A stretch of DNA of 64,000 bases from Malacoraja senta (lineage: Eukaryota): NCBI GenBank assembly GCA_038087875.1, contig CM075988.1, positions 11,162,001 through 11,226,000 on the forward strand, given 5' to 3'. A program made the translations under genes and the position numbers. The notes beneath the pieces are model-generated. The model saw nothing but the letters and a program-made list of their open reading frames with translations, was not told the DNA's origin and did no database searches. The first letter of the stretch is position 1. Each line of letters opens with the position of its first letter. Below are positions 62,395-64,000 of the stretch, in pieces.

Positions 62395-63610
62395 TGAGGT
62401 CTGACTGTGGGTGCTGTCTGTACGGAGTTTGTACGTTCTCCCTGAGTCCGTGTGGGCTTTCTCTGGCTGCTCCAGTTTCCTGCCACGCTCCAAAGAAGTA
62501 CAGGTTTGCAGGTTTATTGGCCTCAGTAAGATTGTGAATTGTCCTTAGTGTGTAGCGTAGTGTTGGTGTATAATAATAATAATAATAATACATTTTATTT
62601 GTGGGCGCCTTTCAAGAGTCTCAAGGACACCTTACAGAATTTAACAAGTAAAAAACATATAATCGGAGTAAAATAAATTATAAAGACATCACCAATACAC
62701 AAATTAAAGACAGAATTCGATCCAAAGACAAAAAAATCAGAAACACAATGTGAAGAGAGAGCAGCGGCAGCTAAACCGCGCCAGCGTACACTCTCCCTTC
62801 CGACAGCCATCTTGGACACAGACTAAATAGTCACTTACACACAAAAATCACCCCCCCACAATGGTTACCACTGTGGGGGAAGGCACAATGTCCAGTCCCC
62901 ATCCCCAGTTCTCCCAAAGTCAGGCCTATTGAGGCCTCCGCTATTGCCTCTACGGAGGCCCGATGTTCCTGGCCGTTCACGCCGGGTGCTGTTGCCCCGG
63001 CGTCGGGAGAGTCCTCTCAGCGACTGGGCCACCTGGAACGGCCGCATTCCTTACCGGAGACCGCGGCTTCCGAAGCCGACAAGGCTGCGCCGGTTTGGAG
63101 CTCCCAGGCTCCCGATGTTGAAGTCGGCGCCGCCCGCTCCTCTTCGCAGACCCGCAACCCGGAGGTGTTGAACTCGGCGGTCACAGCTCACTGGAGCTCC
63201 AGCGCGTCGATCCAGCGCGGCGACCCAGGCAAGGCATCGCCCGCTCCGCTCCGCGATAGCGCTCCAGCGCTGTGCCGCCACCGAAGCCAAGGTGCTGGGC
63301 GGTCCCCGCCAGGAAACGGCGCTCCAGGCCCGCTGGTAGGCCACGAGGACGGGTCGACGGGGCAGCCCGGAGAAAAAGCTGCCTCACCGACCAGGTAGGG
63401 ACCTAGAAATATAGTTACCCCCTTCGCCCTACATTAAAAAGTCGATTTCTCCCACAAACAAAACACAGGACTCACTAGAACTACAAAAAAAAAGTGAATT
63501 AAACGGACGGCTGCTGTTTAGCAGCCGTTCCCCAAGATGGCTGGTCGGGATGGACTTGGTGGGCCAAACAGCCTTTTTCCAGAAGAGACTGTGTCTCTAA
63601 AGTCTAAACA
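62395..63610 (+). mobile_element. HE1-type SINE split by a roughly 970-bp antisense element
   Basis: Core at 62395-62569 resumes at about 63542 and runs to the tctctaaa tail. Confidence 0.75.
62570..63541 (-). mobile_element. CpG-rich non-coding retroelement with L2-type tail and (ATT)n
   Basis: Minus-strand 3' end gtaaggtgtccttgagactcttgaaaggcgcccacaaataaaatgt(att)n; GC-rich body without RT similarity. Confidence 0.75.
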
Positions 63611-63649
63611 TAACATAAGAAATGTTATGTGATAAGAGTAACATTTTGG

Positions 63650-64000
63650 AGGACCAAGAACCAAGAGGCTGCATATAGAGCATTGCATTCAGTTCTGGGC
63701 ACAATGTTATAGGGAAGAAATTGTAAAGTTGGAAATGGTACAGAGAACACTTACCAGGATGTTGCTAGAGGTGTACAAAATTATGAGAGGAATAGATCTT
63801 GAGGGGCAACATTTTAATTCAGAGGGTGGTGGGTGGATGGCACGAGCTGCCATGGGAGGAAGTTGAGGCTGGTACATTTGAACGGGTACCAGGATAGGAA
63901 AGATTTAGAGGGATAGGGCCAAATGCAGACAGGCCGAACTACTCTAGATGGGACATGTTGGTTGGCATGGGTAAGTTGGGCCAAAGGGACGGCGTCCATG
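63650..64000 (+). mobile_element. HER1/CR1-type LINE 3' fragment with internal deletions
   Basis: EHCIQFWA remnant and HER1-type 3' UTR. Confidence 0.8.

Noticed and set aside
62860..63400. CpG-island promoter or Arg/Pro-rich ORFs
   Set aside because: It lies inside an L2-tailed insert that splits a SINE, and the ORFs are GC-composition artefacts. The same applies to 58190-58560.

Overview
This is repeat-dense, non-coding vertebrate DNA, either intronic or intergenic. The repeat set points to a cartilaginous fish, probably a skate or ray (inference): tRNA-headed HE1-type SINEs with (AAACT)n tails, several CR1/HER1 LINE subfamilies, L2, Rex1, RTE, L1/Tx1, Penelope-like elements and MITEs. I could not identify a host protein-coding gene. 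Every recognisable long ORF is retrotransposon-derived, and only two weak exon candidates were seen. The most interesting observations are: (1) a 143-nt, TSD-flanked non-autonomous element at 34555-34697 (minus strand) whose first 53 nt fold as a compact HDV/CPEB3-like self-cleaving ribozyme starting exactly at the element boundary; (2) more than a dozen short Penelope-derived units carrying a hammerhead-like core, several with their own TSDs or foldback structure; (3) unusually long target-site duplications, 278 bp around an L1 and 40 bp around an L2; (4) several templated-insertion or inverted-duplication scars. Family names come from motif recognition by eye, not from database searches, and the boundaries of old elements are approximate.
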